The position numbers were made by a program, and so were the translations under genes. Positions 11,046 through 20,005 of a stretch of DNA of 64,000 nucleotides are shown piece by piece (the first letter of the stretch is position 1; each line of letters starts with the position of its first letter). This stretch comes from an uncultured bacterium. Its GTDB lineage: Bacteria > Margulisbacteria > WOR-1 > O2-12-FULL-45-9. The DNA lies in NCBI GenBank assembly GCA_964568455.1, contig CAZMPJ010000009.1:306-64305 (forward strand), read 5' to 3'. Under the pieces are notes generated by a model. The model did no database searches, was not told where the DNA came from, and saw only the letters and a list, made by a program, of their open reading frames with translations.

Positions 11046-12241
11046 ACTACTTCCCCGTAGAGATCGTAAGTACCCGCCTTAGTAATGCGGACTTTCACTA
11101 TCTCTCCCGGTGAAATAGATTTTGTTGCTTTTATATGCACTTTGCCATCAATATCAGGAGCATCACATAAAGTTCTGCCGCTGTTTTGATTTTCAATGAT
11201 GGTTTCAAGTGTTTTTCCGACCATGTTTTTGTTTTTTTCTTTTGAAATGCGCTTTGCTAGCCGCATCAATTTATCAAATCGAGCCTGTTTAACTTTTTCG
11301 GAAACCTGCCCCCCTAATTTTGCTGCAGGAGTTCCTTTTTCTCTAGAAAAGGTAAAGACGCCTAGATGGCTAAACTTTACCTGTTTGATAAAAGCATACA
11401 ACTCTTCAAATTCGGTCTTGCCTTCACCGGGGAAACCGACAATAACCGAAGTTCTTAGAGTTATATTAGGTATTTTCCTCCTAATCTTTGATATTAATTT
11501 TTCAAGACCAATGCGCGTATAGCGCCTTTTCATCAGGTGTAAAATTTTATCATATGCGTGCTGGATTGGCAAGTCTAAGTAGGGTACCACCTTCTTTTCT
11601 TTGGCCATTACATTGATTAATTGGTTAGTTATATGAGAAGGGTGGGTGTACATAATGCGGATCCACTTGATCCCTTTTACCTTGGCAGTTTTTCTTATTA
11701 TATCGGCAAATTTTGGATGGGCAGTTGTATCCTGGGCCACAAAAATTATCTCTTTAACCCCTCGCTTGGCCAGCCATTTTACTTCATTTATAACATCAGC
11801 AACCGATCTTGAGCGCAGTTTTCCTCGGATTTTTGGGATCAAACAATATGAGCAGCAATTATTGCAGCCTTCGGCTATTTTGACATAAGCAAACCAGGGT
11901 GGGGTGGCTTTTACTCTTGGTTCATGGTAATCGTAAAGTTGAATGGAATCGATTATACCGTCAACCTTTAATGACGAATTATTCAATGACGAATGACGAA
12001 TTAAATATTTAGGAAAACAACCGGCTAAATAGATTTCTTTCTTATACTTCTCCATTTCTTTGATAACTGCCTTGGCTTCGTCGCGGGCGGATTTTAAAAA
12101 CGCGCAAGTATTTATAATAATAATGTCTGCTTTTGCAGGATTATTGGTTAGGCTGTAACCAGAAGCAACTAGTTTTCCCATGATTACTTCGGTGTCAGTT
12201 AAATTTTTTGCGCAACCGAGTGAAATGATATGTGCTTTCAT
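11042..12241 (-). CDS. rimO: Radical-SAM methylthiotransferase, RimO-like (ribosomal protein S12 methylthiotransferase); MiaB not excluded
   Basis: N-terminal MTTase domain ('ISLGCAKNLTDTE'), radical SAM 'CNNCCSYC', C-terminal TRAM domain. It contains an in-frame partial copy of the AATGACGAA repeat. Confidence 0.8.
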   Translation of the reverse strand: MKAHIISLGCAKNLTDTEVIMGKLVASGYSLTNNPAKADIIIINTCAFLKSARDEAKAVIKEMEKYKKEIYLAGCFPKYLIRHSSLNNSSLKVDGIIDSIQLYDYHEPRVKATPPWFAYVKIAEGCNNCCSYCLIPKIRGKLRSRSVADVINEVKWLAKRGVKEIIFVAQDTTAHPKFADIIRKTAKVKGIKWIRIMYTHPSHITNQLINVMAKEKKVVPYLDLPIQHAYDKILHLMKRRYTRIGLEKLISKIRRKIPNITLRTSVIVGFPGEGKTEFEELYAFIKQVKFSHLGVFTFSREKGTPAAKLGGQVSEKVKQARFDKLMRLAKRISKEKNKNMVGKTLETIIENQNSGRTLCDAPDIDGKVHIKATKSISPGEIVKVRITKAGTYDLYGEVV

Positions 12242-12275
12242 TATCTTACATTATAACATCTGTTATAATAGATTA

Positions 12276-12962
12276 ATGCGCTTACAAAAATATATTGCCG
12301 AATGTGGCATAGTTTCGCGCCGCAAGGCGGAGGAATTTATAGCACAAGGCCGAGTAAAGGTTAATGGTGAAGTTATTACCCAGCCGGGAACAAAAATTGA
12401 TCCTAAAGAAGATCGGGTTTTTGTAAATGGCAAACTAGCCAGCCTGCGCAAGAAGAAACTTTATTTAAAAATTTATAAACCAAGAGGTGTTTTTAGTTCC
12501 TGCTACCATCGTGGAGAAAAAACCATTATTGATTTTGTAAGAGACTTGCCTTATCGTCTCTATCCTGTTGGCCGCTTAGATAAGGATTCAGAAGGCTTAA
12601 TGATTTTAACCAATGATGGTGATTTGGCTAATAAATTAATGCATCCTCGTTACGAGCATGAAAAAGAATATGAAGTTGAAGTAGAAAAGCCAATTAGTCA
12701 AAGATTAATTAAGCGTTTTGAGTATGGGGTAGAGGTTGACGGTAAAAAAACCATGTCAGCAAAAATAAGGTGTGTTGGTTTAAATAAGTTTTTTGTCACT
12801 TTAAAAGAAGGCCGTAAGCGCCAAATAAGGCAAACAGTTAGAGAATCCAGAAACAGGATTGTTAGGCTTAAAAGGATAAGGATTCAAAATATTGAACTGG
12901 GTGATTTGAAGCCTGGTGAGTTTGAGTATATCGCTTCTAAAGATTTGAATATTTTGGTATAA
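12276..12962 (+). CDS. rluB: 23S rRNA pseudouridine synthase (RsuA/RluB family)
   Basis: S4 RNA-binding domain ('LQKYIAECGIVSRRKAEEFI') and catalytic 'GRLDKDSEGL'. The ORF-track start at 12180 overlaps rimO; the likely start is 'MRLQKY' at 12276. Confidence 0.75.
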   Translation: MRLQKYIAECGIVSRRKAEEFIAQGRVKVNGEVITQPGTKIDPKEDRVFVNGKLASLRKKKLYLKIYKPRGVFSSCYHRGEKTIIDFVRDLPYRLYPVGRLDKDSEGLMILTNDGDLANKLMHPRYEHEKEYEVEVEKPISQRLIKRFEYGVEVDGKKTMSAKIRCVGLNKFFVTLKEGRKRQIRQTVRESRNRIVRLKRIRIQNIELGDLKPGEFEYIASKDLNILV

Positions 12963-12972
12963 TTCCAAGGTT

Positions 12973-14196
12973 ATGGCAATCATTGTACACAAGTATGGCG
13001 GGACCTCTGTTGGTACCCCGGAAAAAATAAAGAACGTTGCTAAAAAAGTAAAAGCAGTTAAAGATGACGGCAACGATGTAGTAGTGATTGTTTCTGCAAT
13101 GGGACATACTACTGATGAATTAATTAATCTCATGGATCAAATCACGGATAACCCAGCTCCTCGTGAATACGATATGTTAGTTTCAACCGGTGAGCAGGTT
13201 TCCGCCTCACTTCTCTCCATGGCTTTGCAAGAAATAGGTTGTCCAGCAGTTTCTTTAACCGGAGGCCAGGCTGGAGTTGAGACTGAAGATATTTATAAAA
13301 AAGCCAGAATCAAAAATGTTAAACTTGATCGGCTTAAAAAAGAATTAAAAGCTGGTAAAGTGGTAGTTATTACTGGTTTTCAAGGAATTGATAGTAAAGG
13401 CGATATCATTACTATTGGCCGCGGTGGTTCAGACACTTCTGCTGTCGCTATTGCGGCAGCTTTAAAAGCCGATGTTTGTGATATTTATACTGATGTTGAT
13501 GGTGTTTATACCACAGACCCTCGCATTGAACCTAATGCCAGGAAGTTAAAAACCATTTCTTACGAAGAAATGTTGGAACTAGCCAGTTTGGGAGCGCAAG
13601 TTTTACATCCGCGCTCAATTGAATGCGCTAGTTTTTATAATATTGTAATTCATTTGCGCTCAAGCACTGATCCGGTTAAGGGTACTTATATTAAGGAGGC
13701 AACAAAAATGGAAAAAAAGGAAGCAGTAAGGGGAATTGCTCTTGATGAAAACATTGCTAAAGTAGGAATCTTAAAAATTCCTGATCAACCAGGAGTCGCG
13801 GCAAAAATATTCAATGCTTTGGCAGCAGAAAGTATTAATGTTGACATGATTGTTCAAAGTATACACTCAAAAGGTTCTTTGGCTGATATGGCTTTTACAG
13901 TAGATAGAACAGAAATCAATAAAGCAGTTGAAGTAACCGAAAAAATTGGTAAAGAATTAAAGGCTGAAGGGGTGGCCTCTGATCCAGATGTATGTAAAGT
14001 TTCAATTGTTGGGGTAGGTATGGTTAGTCAAGCTGGAACCGCCGCTAAGATGTTTAAATCTCTTTCTGCGGAAAAGATTAATATTCAAATGATTTCTACT
14101 TCAGAGATCAAAATCTCTTGTGTAGTTAGAAAAGAAGATGGCAAGAAAGCCGTAAAAGTACTGCATAAGGCTTTTGATTTAGATAAACTTGTGTAG
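12973..14196 (+). CDS. lysC: Aspartate kinase
   Basis: 'VHKYGGTSVG' nucleotide-binding motif, amino-acid kinase fold, two C-terminal ACT domains. Confidence 0.9.
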   Translation: MAIIVHKYGGTSVGTPEKIKNVAKKVKAVKDDGNDVVVIVSAMGHTTDELINLMDQITDNPAPREYDMLVSTGEQVSASLLSMALQEIGCPAVSLTGGQAGVETEDIYKKARIKNVKLDRLKKELKAGKVVVITGFQGIDSKGDIITIGRGGSDTSAVAIAAALKADVCDIYTDVDGVYTTDPRIEPNARKLKTISYEEMLELASLGAQVLHPRSIECASFYNIVIHLRSSTDPVKGTYIKEATKMEKKEAVRGIALDENIAKVGILKIPDQPGVAAKIFNALAAESINVDMIVQSIHSKGSLADMAFTVDRTEINKAVEVTEKIGKELKAEGVASDPDVCKVSIVGVGMVSQAGTAAKMFKSLSAEKINIQMISTSEIKISCVVRKEDGKKAVKVLHKAFDLDKLV

Positions 14197-14285
14197 TTAA
14201 TGACGAATTTATCAATGACGAATGACGAATTAATTTGTAAATTAATCAATTGATCATTCTTTCGTCATTCGAATTTCGTCATTGG
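14197..14285. repeat. ~90-bp palindromic repeat element, copy 1 (CAATGACGAATGACGAA ... TTCGTCATTCGAATTTCGTCATTG)
   Basis: Internal imperfect inverted repeat. It is near-identical, in reverse complement, to 17111..17200, and a partial copy lies at 11967..12004. Confidence 0.85.
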
Positions 14286-14294
14286 ATTTTTGTT

Positions 14295-14897
14295 ATGAAC
14301 ATATTTATAGTACTTATAATATCTTATCTCTTAGGTTCCATTCCTTTCAGTCACATCTTTCCCAAGCTAAAAGGTAAGGATGTAAAATCCGCTGGAACCA
14401 AAAATGTTGGAGCAACCAATGCTTTGGTGGTTGCCGGTCCTTTAATGGGAGCTCTGGCTTTAATCGGTGACATTGGCAAAGGCTATCTGGCGGTTTATTT
14501 AGCCACCCAAGCTAGTAATAATCTTTGGATAATTGTTTTTGCCGGTTTACTAGCTATTATTGGCCATGATTTTTCTATATTTTTAAGATTTAAAGGGGGC
14601 AAGGGGGTGGCGACTACGGGCGGGGTATTGTTTGCCCTTGATCCGATTTTAACTATAATTATTTTGCTAATCTGGATTTTAATGATCCTAATTACCCGTT
14701 ATTTTATTCTCTCTACTATTATAATGTTAGGCGCGGTTCCGATTATGATGCTGGTTTTGGCAAAACCAGTGCCAATTGTAGTATTTACTTTGTTAGCTTT
14801 TGTCTTAGCCTTAATCACCCATCGTGATGATGTTTATCGATTTATTACCGGCAAAGAACTTAAAACCTCTGAAGCCATCAACCGCTATATGAAATAA
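14295..14897 (+). CDS. plsY: Glycerol-3-phosphate acyltransferase PlsY
   Basis: 'LLGSIPFS' start and 'GTKNVGATN' motif; 5-TM small membrane protein. True start 'MNIFIV' at 14295. Confidence 0.85.
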   Translation: MNIFIVLIISYLLGSIPFSHIFPKLKGKDVKSAGTKNVGATNALVVAGPLMGALALIGDIGKGYLAVYLATQASNNLWIIVFAGLLAIIGHDFSIFLRFKGGKGVATTGGVLFALDPILTIIILLIWILMILITRYFILSTIIMLGAVPIMMLVLAKPVPIVVFTLLAFVLALITHRDDVYRFITGKELKTSEAINRYMK

Positions 14898-14898
14898 G

Positions 14899-14972
14899 CG
14901 GGGTGTAGCTTAGCTTGGCAGAGCGCTACGTTCGGGACGTAGAGGCCGCTGGTTCGAATCCAGTCACCCCGA
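14899..14972 (+). tRNA. tRNA-Pro (anticodon CGG)
   Basis: Manually folded cloverleaf: acceptor CGGGGTG/CACCCCG, anticodon stem CTACG/CGTAG, loop TTCGGGA, T-arm GCTGG-TTCGAAT-CCAGT, discriminator A; 74 nt. No encoded CCA. Confidence 0.85.
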
Positions 14973-15016
14973 TTCTCTTGACTAGAATCCACTTGCTTGT
15001 TATACTCAATTACGAG

Positions 15017-15901
15017 ATGAAGAAACATTTTACATTCATGATTGTTCCTCATGATGCACAGGGACGTCTTTTTAGTTTTAAAATTTCCAACAAAGTTATC
15101 TACTTTTTAACTGGATTATGCTTGTTTGCTATATTAATTACTGCTTCAGCTGTTGTTTACTCTGCCCATTTATCCAGAAAACTAGTTTATTATTCCAACG
15201 CCATTGCTAAGAACAAGCAACAGCAAAAAATCATTACTAATTATGCCCAAAAGACCGAAGAAGTGAATAAACTTATCGATCAACTGGTTCAAGAAGAAAA
15301 TAGTTTGCGTAAAATGCTGGGTATGAAAAATTGGAAGAGCAAAATTAAACTTTCTTCCAATATAAACCTCCCTTCCGCGGATCAGGCTAAACACAATTTA
15401 AAAATAGCTGACGCAAAACTAGCGGAGAGAAAACAAAGCTTTGAAGAATTAAAAGGCTGGGTCAATACTGTGCGCAGCCGTTTTGTTTCTACTCCTTCGC
15501 GCTGGCCGATTTATGGAAGAATTGTTTCTCGCTATGGTTACCGCACTTATCCTTGGCGGGGTTTTCATAGTGGAGTGGATATTTCTGGCCGCTACGGCGC
15601 GCCAATAAGGGTTACTGCTTCAGGAGTAGTTAAGTCAACTGGGTGGATAAAAGGTTATGGTAAAACTGTAGTTGTCGACCATGGTTATGGCAAATCAACT
15701 CTTTATGCTCATCTATCAAAATATGCGGTAAAAAGAGGGGATAAGGTTGCCAAGGGTCAAGTGATTTGTTATGTAGGTAATACAGGATATAGTACCGGGC
15801 CGCATTTGCATTATGAAGTTAAAAAAGCGGGTAAAGCGGTTAATCCGGTTTCGTATTTGAATCTTAATATTTTATCAGCCAGCAAAATTTGGAGGAAATA
15901 A
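15017..15901 (+). CDS. M23-family metallopeptidase (LytM-like) with N-terminal membrane anchor and coiled-coil
   Basis: 'GVDI...G..V.A.A.G' and 'GNTGYSTGPHLHYEV' M23 zinc motifs. The ORF-track start at 14915 is a spurious extension across the tRNA; the real start is 'MKKHF' at 15017. Confidence 0.85.
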   Translation: MKKHFTFMIVPHDAQGRLFSFKISNKVIYFLTGLCLFAILITASAVVYSAHLSRKLVYYSNAIAKNKQQQKIITNYAQKTEEVNKLIDQLVQEENSLRKMLGMKNWKSKIKLSSNINLPSADQAKHNLKIADAKLAERKQSFEELKGWVNTVRSRFVSTPSRWPIYGRIVSRYGYRTYPWRGFHSGVDISGRYGAPIRVTASGVVKSTGWIKGYGKTVVVDHGYGKSTLYAHLSKYAVKRGDKVAKGQVICYVGNTGYSTGPHLHYEVKKAGKAVNPVSYLNLNILSASKIWRK

Positions 15902-15903
15902 AG

Positions 15904-16380
15904 ATGGGATTTTTGAATTATTTTATAGAAGACAAAGACGGCCATGTTCCTGACGGAATTGACACTATTATCGGCAAAAAAGCTCATTTTAAAGGAGAGC
16001 TTTCAACCAAAGGCTCGGTTTGTGTTAATGGCCGGCTGGAAGGAAAAATTAATACTGATGCGGATTTAATCATTGCTTCCGGCAGTAAGATTGTTGGAAA
16101 TATTTCCGGTGGAAATGTGGTTGTTTCCGGTAACGTAGAAGGAAATATAACTGCGGTGCATAATTTAGAAATTAAAAAATCAGGCAGGGTACACGGAGAT
16201 CTTGAAGGTGGTCGGATTGTAATTGAAGAGGGTTCTTCTTATCGCGGCAGGGTAAAAGTTAAAAGTACGGAACCGGTAATTGAAGAATCCGTAGAAGAGC
16301 CAGCTCCTCCTTCAGAAGAAAATCAAACCGAAGTAAAAGTTGAGCAAGAACCACAAACCCATATGTTTTCGAATGTCTAA
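15904..16380 (+). CDS. Bactofilin (polymer-forming cytoskeletal protein)
   Basis: Repetitive beta-helical 'G.V.G.I.G' bactofilin/DUF583 pattern ('VNGRLEGKINTDADLIIASGSKIVGNISGGNVVVSGNVEGNI'). RBS GGAGGAAATAAAG precedes the ATG at 15904. Confidence 0.8.
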   Translation: MGFLNYFIEDKDGHVPDGIDTIIGKKAHFKGELSTKGSVCVNGRLEGKINTDADLIIASGSKIVGNISGGNVVVSGNVEGNITAVHNLEIKKSGRVHGDLEGGRIVIEEGSSYRGRVKVKSTEPVIEESVEEPAPPSEENQTEVKVEQEPQTHMFSNV

Positions 16381-17071
16381 GCTCTTTGTAGTTGCCACTC
16401 CAATTGGAAATCTGGAAGACATGACTTATCGTGCAGTGCGCATTTTATCTGAAGTTGACTTAATTGCTGCTGAAGACACTCGAAAAACAAAAACCCTCTT
16501 AACCAGATACAATATTAGTACTCCTATGACGTCTTATCATAAATTTAATATTAGAGCTAAGACCGATGGCTTGATTGAGCAAATTAAAAATGGCAAAAAC
16601 ATTGCTTTAGTCTCTGATGCTGGAACTCCGGGGATTTCTGACCCTGGGTGGGAGATTATCAGAGGATCAGTTAATCAGAATATTGGGGTTGAGGTTATTC
16701 CTGGTGCTTGCGCTGCAATCGCGGCATTAGTTGGTTCGGGTTTGTCGACGGATAAATTTGTTTTTGAAGGTTTTTTACCTAAAAAACCGGGCAAAAAGAA
16801 AAAGGCGCTTGAAGCGTTAAAGCTAGATCCAAGAACAATTTTAATTTATGAATCTCCTTACCGGGTTAAAAAAACATTAGCAGACATTTTTGCTATAATG
16901 GGTAACAGGAAAGTTGCTATTTGCCGCGAGTTAACTAAAAAGTTTGAAGAAATTATCCGTGGCAATGTTGAGGAGGTGATGGAGAAAATAAAAGAGCGTA
17001 ATCTTAAGGGGGAAGTGGTGGTGGTTGTTTCAGGGTTCTATCAAGAAGCTCAACGGGAGAGACGTAGTTAA
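16373..17071 (+). CDS. rsmI: 16S rRNA (cytidine1402-2'-O)-methyltransferase
   Basis: Tetrapyrrole-methylase fold 'LFVVATPIGNLEDMTYRAVRIL...AAEDTR'; length and family match RsmI. Confidence 0.85.
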   Translation: MSKLFVVATPIGNLEDMTYRAVRILSEVDLIAAEDTRKTKTLLTRYNISTPMTSYHKFNIRAKTDGLIEQIKNGKNIALVSDAGTPGISDPGWEIIRGSVNQNIGVEVIPGACAAIAALVGSGLSTDKFVFEGFLPKKPGKKKKALEALKLDPRTILIYESPYRVKKTLADIFAIMGNRKVAICRELTKKFEEIIRGNVEEVMEKIKERNLKGEVVVVVSGFYQEAQRERRS

Positions 17072-17110
17072 GTAGTGGGTTCTATTCCCACCTTGGTTTG
17101 AATAAAATGA

Positions 17111-17200
17111 TTCAATGACGAAATTCGAATGACGAAAGAATGATCAATTGATCAATTTTAAAATTAACTCGTCATTCGTCATTGATAAATTTGTCATTAG
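17111..17200. repeat. ~90-bp palindromic repeat element, copy 2 (reverse complement of copy 1)
   Basis: CAATGACGAAATTCGAATGACGAAAGAATGATCAATTGAT...TCGTCATTCGTCATTGATAAATTTGTCATTAG aligns to the reverse complement of 14197..14285 with only a few mismatches. Confidence 0.85.
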
Positions 17201-17251
17201 AAAAAAGGGTTTCCCGAAACTCTGTACTTAATTTATAGGAGGTATAGAGTT

Positions 17252-19141
17252 ATGGATCAGAGTATCAGATTATCAGGTTATCAGATTATCAGGTTTATTA
17301 TAATAGTTTTCCTTCATTTGTCATTTTTAATTTGTCATTTGTCATTAGCAGATCAGGTTTTGCGTTTTTACGGTGAAGAAGTTGTTATTACCGCCTCGCG
17401 ACTGCCGCAGCAGCTAGAAAGATCTCCCTGGAATGTTACGGTCATAAAAGAAGACCAGATAAAAACTTTTAAAGCCGAGACTTTGGGAGAAGTGCTGCGT
17501 TTTGTGCCAGGAATTGATGTTTATGCTACAGGTGGACAGGGTGCTTTGGTTACCGAAAGGATTAAAGGTTCCAATGCTTCCCAGGTTTTAGTTTTAATTG
17601 ACGGCAATCGTATTAATAGTCCGCTTTTAGGAACTGCTGACCTGGGTGATATTATGCTTTCGGATGTGGAGAGGATTGAAGTAGTCTCATCGCCGCTATC
17701 AGCCATGTATGGTTCTGATGCAATTAGCGGGGTAATCAATGTTATTACCAAAAAAGCTGCTACTGATTCTCCTTTTCAAGCAGGTTTAACAGTTGGTAGC
17801 TTTGGTAAGTATAAATTAAATTTTTCAACTGGCAACGATGGTTATGTTTTAAGTGCGGATTATGACAAAACCAATGGTTTCCGCACCAATAGTGATTATC
17901 TAGGCCAGAATTATGCTTTTAGTAAATATTTTGGAGATTTTAGAGCAGGGATTGAATATTATACTGCAGATAAAGGAGTCCCAGGAGTTCCCAATGCTGG
18001 TGATCCTACTTCTGCATCAACTCCCGATAATCGTCAGCAAGATAAGAATACCAATCTTTATGTTGATTATAATAAACAATTTGGCAATTCAAATTTAGCC
18101 ACAAAAGTTTATCAATATTCAACTGAACAGAAGTATCACGAATATAATTTTACTACTACGGCTTTTTCAGATTATACTTATACTACTGGGCAAACTGGAG
18201 TAACTATTCAAGACAGTATTGAACTTCCAAAAAATTCCAGTTTGGTTTTGGGCTTAGAATATCATCGTGATCAGGGTACTAGTTCAAATATTGGCACGCG
18301 CGAAGTTAATTCCTATGCTTTTTATTTAGGAACAGAAACACAAAAAGGACCAGTTACTTTTGATTTTGGGGTAAGGCGCGATTATCATGGCCAAGCTGGT
18401 GAATCAATTTCTCCACGCATGGGATTAAGCATTAAACCTTCTTCAGATCTTAAACTTTTCACTAATTTTTCCACTGCTTTTAGGGCGCCTACTTTAAACG
18501 AGCTTTATTGGAGTGATGCTGTCTGGCTTATGTATGGTAATGCTAATCTTTTGCCGGAAAGAGCAATAGGCATTGAAATGGGCTTGAATAAACATATTGG
18601 TGATGGTTCTGTATTTGGTTTAACCCTGTTTGCCAGAAGAGTGGTTAACCAGATCTTGTGGGAGTTTAATTCCACGACCTTTATAACTCAAGCTAGAAAT
18701 ATTGGTAAAGTAGATGTGACTGGTGCAGAGTTGAAAAACAATATTAGGCTTTCTGAATCAGTAGAATTGTTTGCTAATGCCACTTTTCAAACTGCTTTGG
18801 ATGTAGAAGATACTACTGCGACTAATGTAGGCAATGATATTCCTTATTCACCCCGAGTTAAAGCTAATTTAGGCCTTACTTGTGGAGATTTGGCAATTAT
18901 TGCCAAGCATGTAGGCGAAAGATATTCTAATGCAGCTAATAGTAATAAATTATCTGCTTATACAGTAACAGATTTAACTTATTCAAGAAAAGTTGGCAGA
19001 GTTGATCTGTTTGCTAAAGTTGGCAACCTGTTTAATGCGGACTATGCTGAAGCAGTCGGCTGGCATCCAGTGACTTATGCTATTACTGACTATCCTATGC
19101 CCGGCCGCAACTTTGCTTTCGGCCTAGGATATGAGATATAA
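17252..19141 (+). CDS. TonB-dependent outer-membrane receptor (plug + beta-barrel)
   Basis: Predicted signal peptide, then a plug region ('EEVVITASR...VPGIDV...IDGNRIN') and a long beta-barrel with alternating aromatic/polar pattern. It lies next to a tonB-like gene. Confidence 0.8.
   Translation: MDQSIRLSGYQIIRFIIIVFLHLSFLICHLSLADQVLRFYGEEVVITASRLPQQLERSPWNVTVIKEDQIKTFKAETLGEVLRFVPGIDVYATGGQGALVTERIKGSNASQVLVLIDGNRINSPLLGTADLGDIMLSDVERIEVVSSPLSAMYGSDAISGVINVITKKAATDSPFQAGLTVGSFGKYKLNFSTGNDGYVLSADYDKTNGFRTNSDYLGQNYAFSKYFGDFRAGIEYYTADKGVPGVPNAGDPTSASTPDNRQQDKNTNLYVDYNKQFGNSNLATKVYQYSTEQKYHEYNFTTTAFSDYTYTTGQTGVTIQDSIELPKNSSLVLGLEYHRDQGTSSNIGTREVNSYAFYLGTETQKGPVTFDFGVRRDYHGQAGESISPRMGLSIKPSSDLKLFTNFSTAFRAPTLNELYWSDAVWLMYGNANLLPERAIGIEMGLNKHIGDGSVFGLTLFARRVVNQILWEFNSTTFITQARNIGKVDVTGAELKNNIRLSESVELFANATFQTALDVEDTTATNVGNDIPYSPRVKANLGLTCGDLAIIAKHVGERYSNAANSNKLSAYTVTDLTYSRKVGRVDLFAKVGNLFNADYAEAVGWHPVTYAITDYPMPGRNFAFGLGYEI
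17263..17294 (+). repeat. Perfect tandem duplication of a 16-bp unit (TATCAGATTATCAGGT x2) inside the signal-peptide coding region of the TonB-dependent receptor
   Basis: Direct reading of the sequence. It is followed by three TTTGTCATT repeats at about 17316-17346. Confidence 0.8.
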
Positions 19142-19161
19142 TTAATAAGGAGGACTAGAAA

Positions 19162-19665
19162 ATGAAGACGAATAATTTAGTTTTAGTTTCAATAGGAATC
19201 ATTCTTTTAGCAGCGGTTACTGTTAGCTTTTTAATCGCAAAGCCGGTTGCAATAGTAAAAAGTGAAGCGCCGGTATTTGTGGGAGAAGGAATATGGGTTA
19301 AGAAGGCAGTAGAAGGTGTTAGAGGAGTTGAGATGGCAAAAGAGGGGGTAAGAGGGCAGGAGAAGATAATGAAAGCAACGCCAACTCCAATGCCAATTGT
19401 TCCACCTAGTATTACCTATCGAGTAATGCCGCAGTATCCGGTTAATGCTTTAGAGCAAGGCTTGGAAGGTGCGGTTTTATTGTCAGTTTACGTTGGTTTA
19501 ACAGGTCAACCAGAACAGGTTCAAGTTAAATCATCTTCTGGTTTGGCAGAATTTGATCAATCAGCTATTGCTGCTGTTTCACAGTGGAAATTTAGTCCTG
19601 CTTCTCAAGCTGGAGCAGCGCTATCGAGCTGGTTTGAAATCCCGGTTCGGTTTGAGATTCGTTAA
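19162..19665 (+). CDS. tonB: Energy transducer TonB (N-terminal TM anchor + C-terminal TonB domain)
   Basis: TM helix at the N-terminus. C-terminal 'PQYPVNALEQGLEGAVLLSVYV...G....V..SSG...D..A..AV..WKF.PA' matches the TonB_C fold pattern. RBS AAGGAGG upstream. Confidence 0.65.
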   Translation: MKTNNLVLVSIGIILLAAVTVSFLIAKPVAIVKSEAPVFVGEGIWVKKAVEGVRGVEMAKEGVRGQEKIMKATPTPMPIVPPSITYRVMPQYPVNALEQGLEGAVLLSVYVGLTGQPEQVQVKSSSGLAEFDQSAIAAVSQWKFSPASQAGAALSSWFEIPVRFEIR

Positions 19666-19774
19666 TCGGATACGAAGCCCGTTTCGATATTCGGTAACGT
19701 CATTCGGCCGATAAACGAATAACGTAGCCGATACGGGCATCGTTACCGTAACCGAAAAACAGGAGGGTTTAAAA

Positions 19775-19996
19775 ATGGCAGTAGAATCATTAGGACGTAT
19801 GGTTCTTTACATTGGAATAGTTTTAGTTCTGATTGGGGCTTTTTTCATTCTAGTAGGTAAAGTACCATGGTTTGGGAGGCTTCCTGGTGATATTATTTAT
19901 CGCAGAGAAGGCTTAACCATTTTCCTCCCCATTACCACCATGCTTTTAGTGAGTGTAGTGCTTACTCTCTTACTTAATGTTGTTTGGCGTAGGTAA
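19775..19996 (+). CDS. Small two-TM membrane protein (DUF2905-like)
   Basis: 73 aa; two hydrophobic helices flanking 'GRLPGDIIYRREG', as in DUF2905 family proteins. RBS GGAGGG upstream. Confidence 0.5.
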   Translation: MAVESLGRMVLYIGIVLVLIGAFFILVGKVPWFGRLPGDIIYRREGLTIFLPITTMLLVSVVLTLLLNVVWRR

Positions 19997-20005
19997 AAAT
20001 TCATT

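Noticed and set aside
10561-11082. 173-aa plus-strand ORF overlapping pgsA
   Set aside because: Antisense to a well-supported pgsA reading frame; no motif.
11967-12004. Reading the rimO-internal repeat copy as a net insertion or intein-like element
   Set aside because: RimO is not longer than its homologs here (399 aa), and the segment occupies a normal inter-domain linker position. Only sequence identity to the intergenic repeat is claimed.
12180-12275. 5' extension of the pseudouridine synthase ORF overlapping the rimO start
   Set aside because: Homology starts at 'MRLQKYIAECGIVSRR' (the S4 domain). The extension is unconserved and overlaps rimO by ~60 bp.
14915-15016. N-terminal extension of the ORF 14915-15901 ('MAERYVRDVEAAGSNPV...')
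   Set aside because: It is the tRNA-Pro(CGG) gene read as protein. The M23 peptidase starts at the internal ATG at 15017.
17072-17110. GTGGG-TTCTATT-CCCAC hairpin after rsmI as an intrinsic terminator
   Set aside because: The stem has only 5 bp and the downstream tract (CTTGGTTTG) is weakly U-rich. It is too weak to call and is mentioned only as context for the adjacent repeat.
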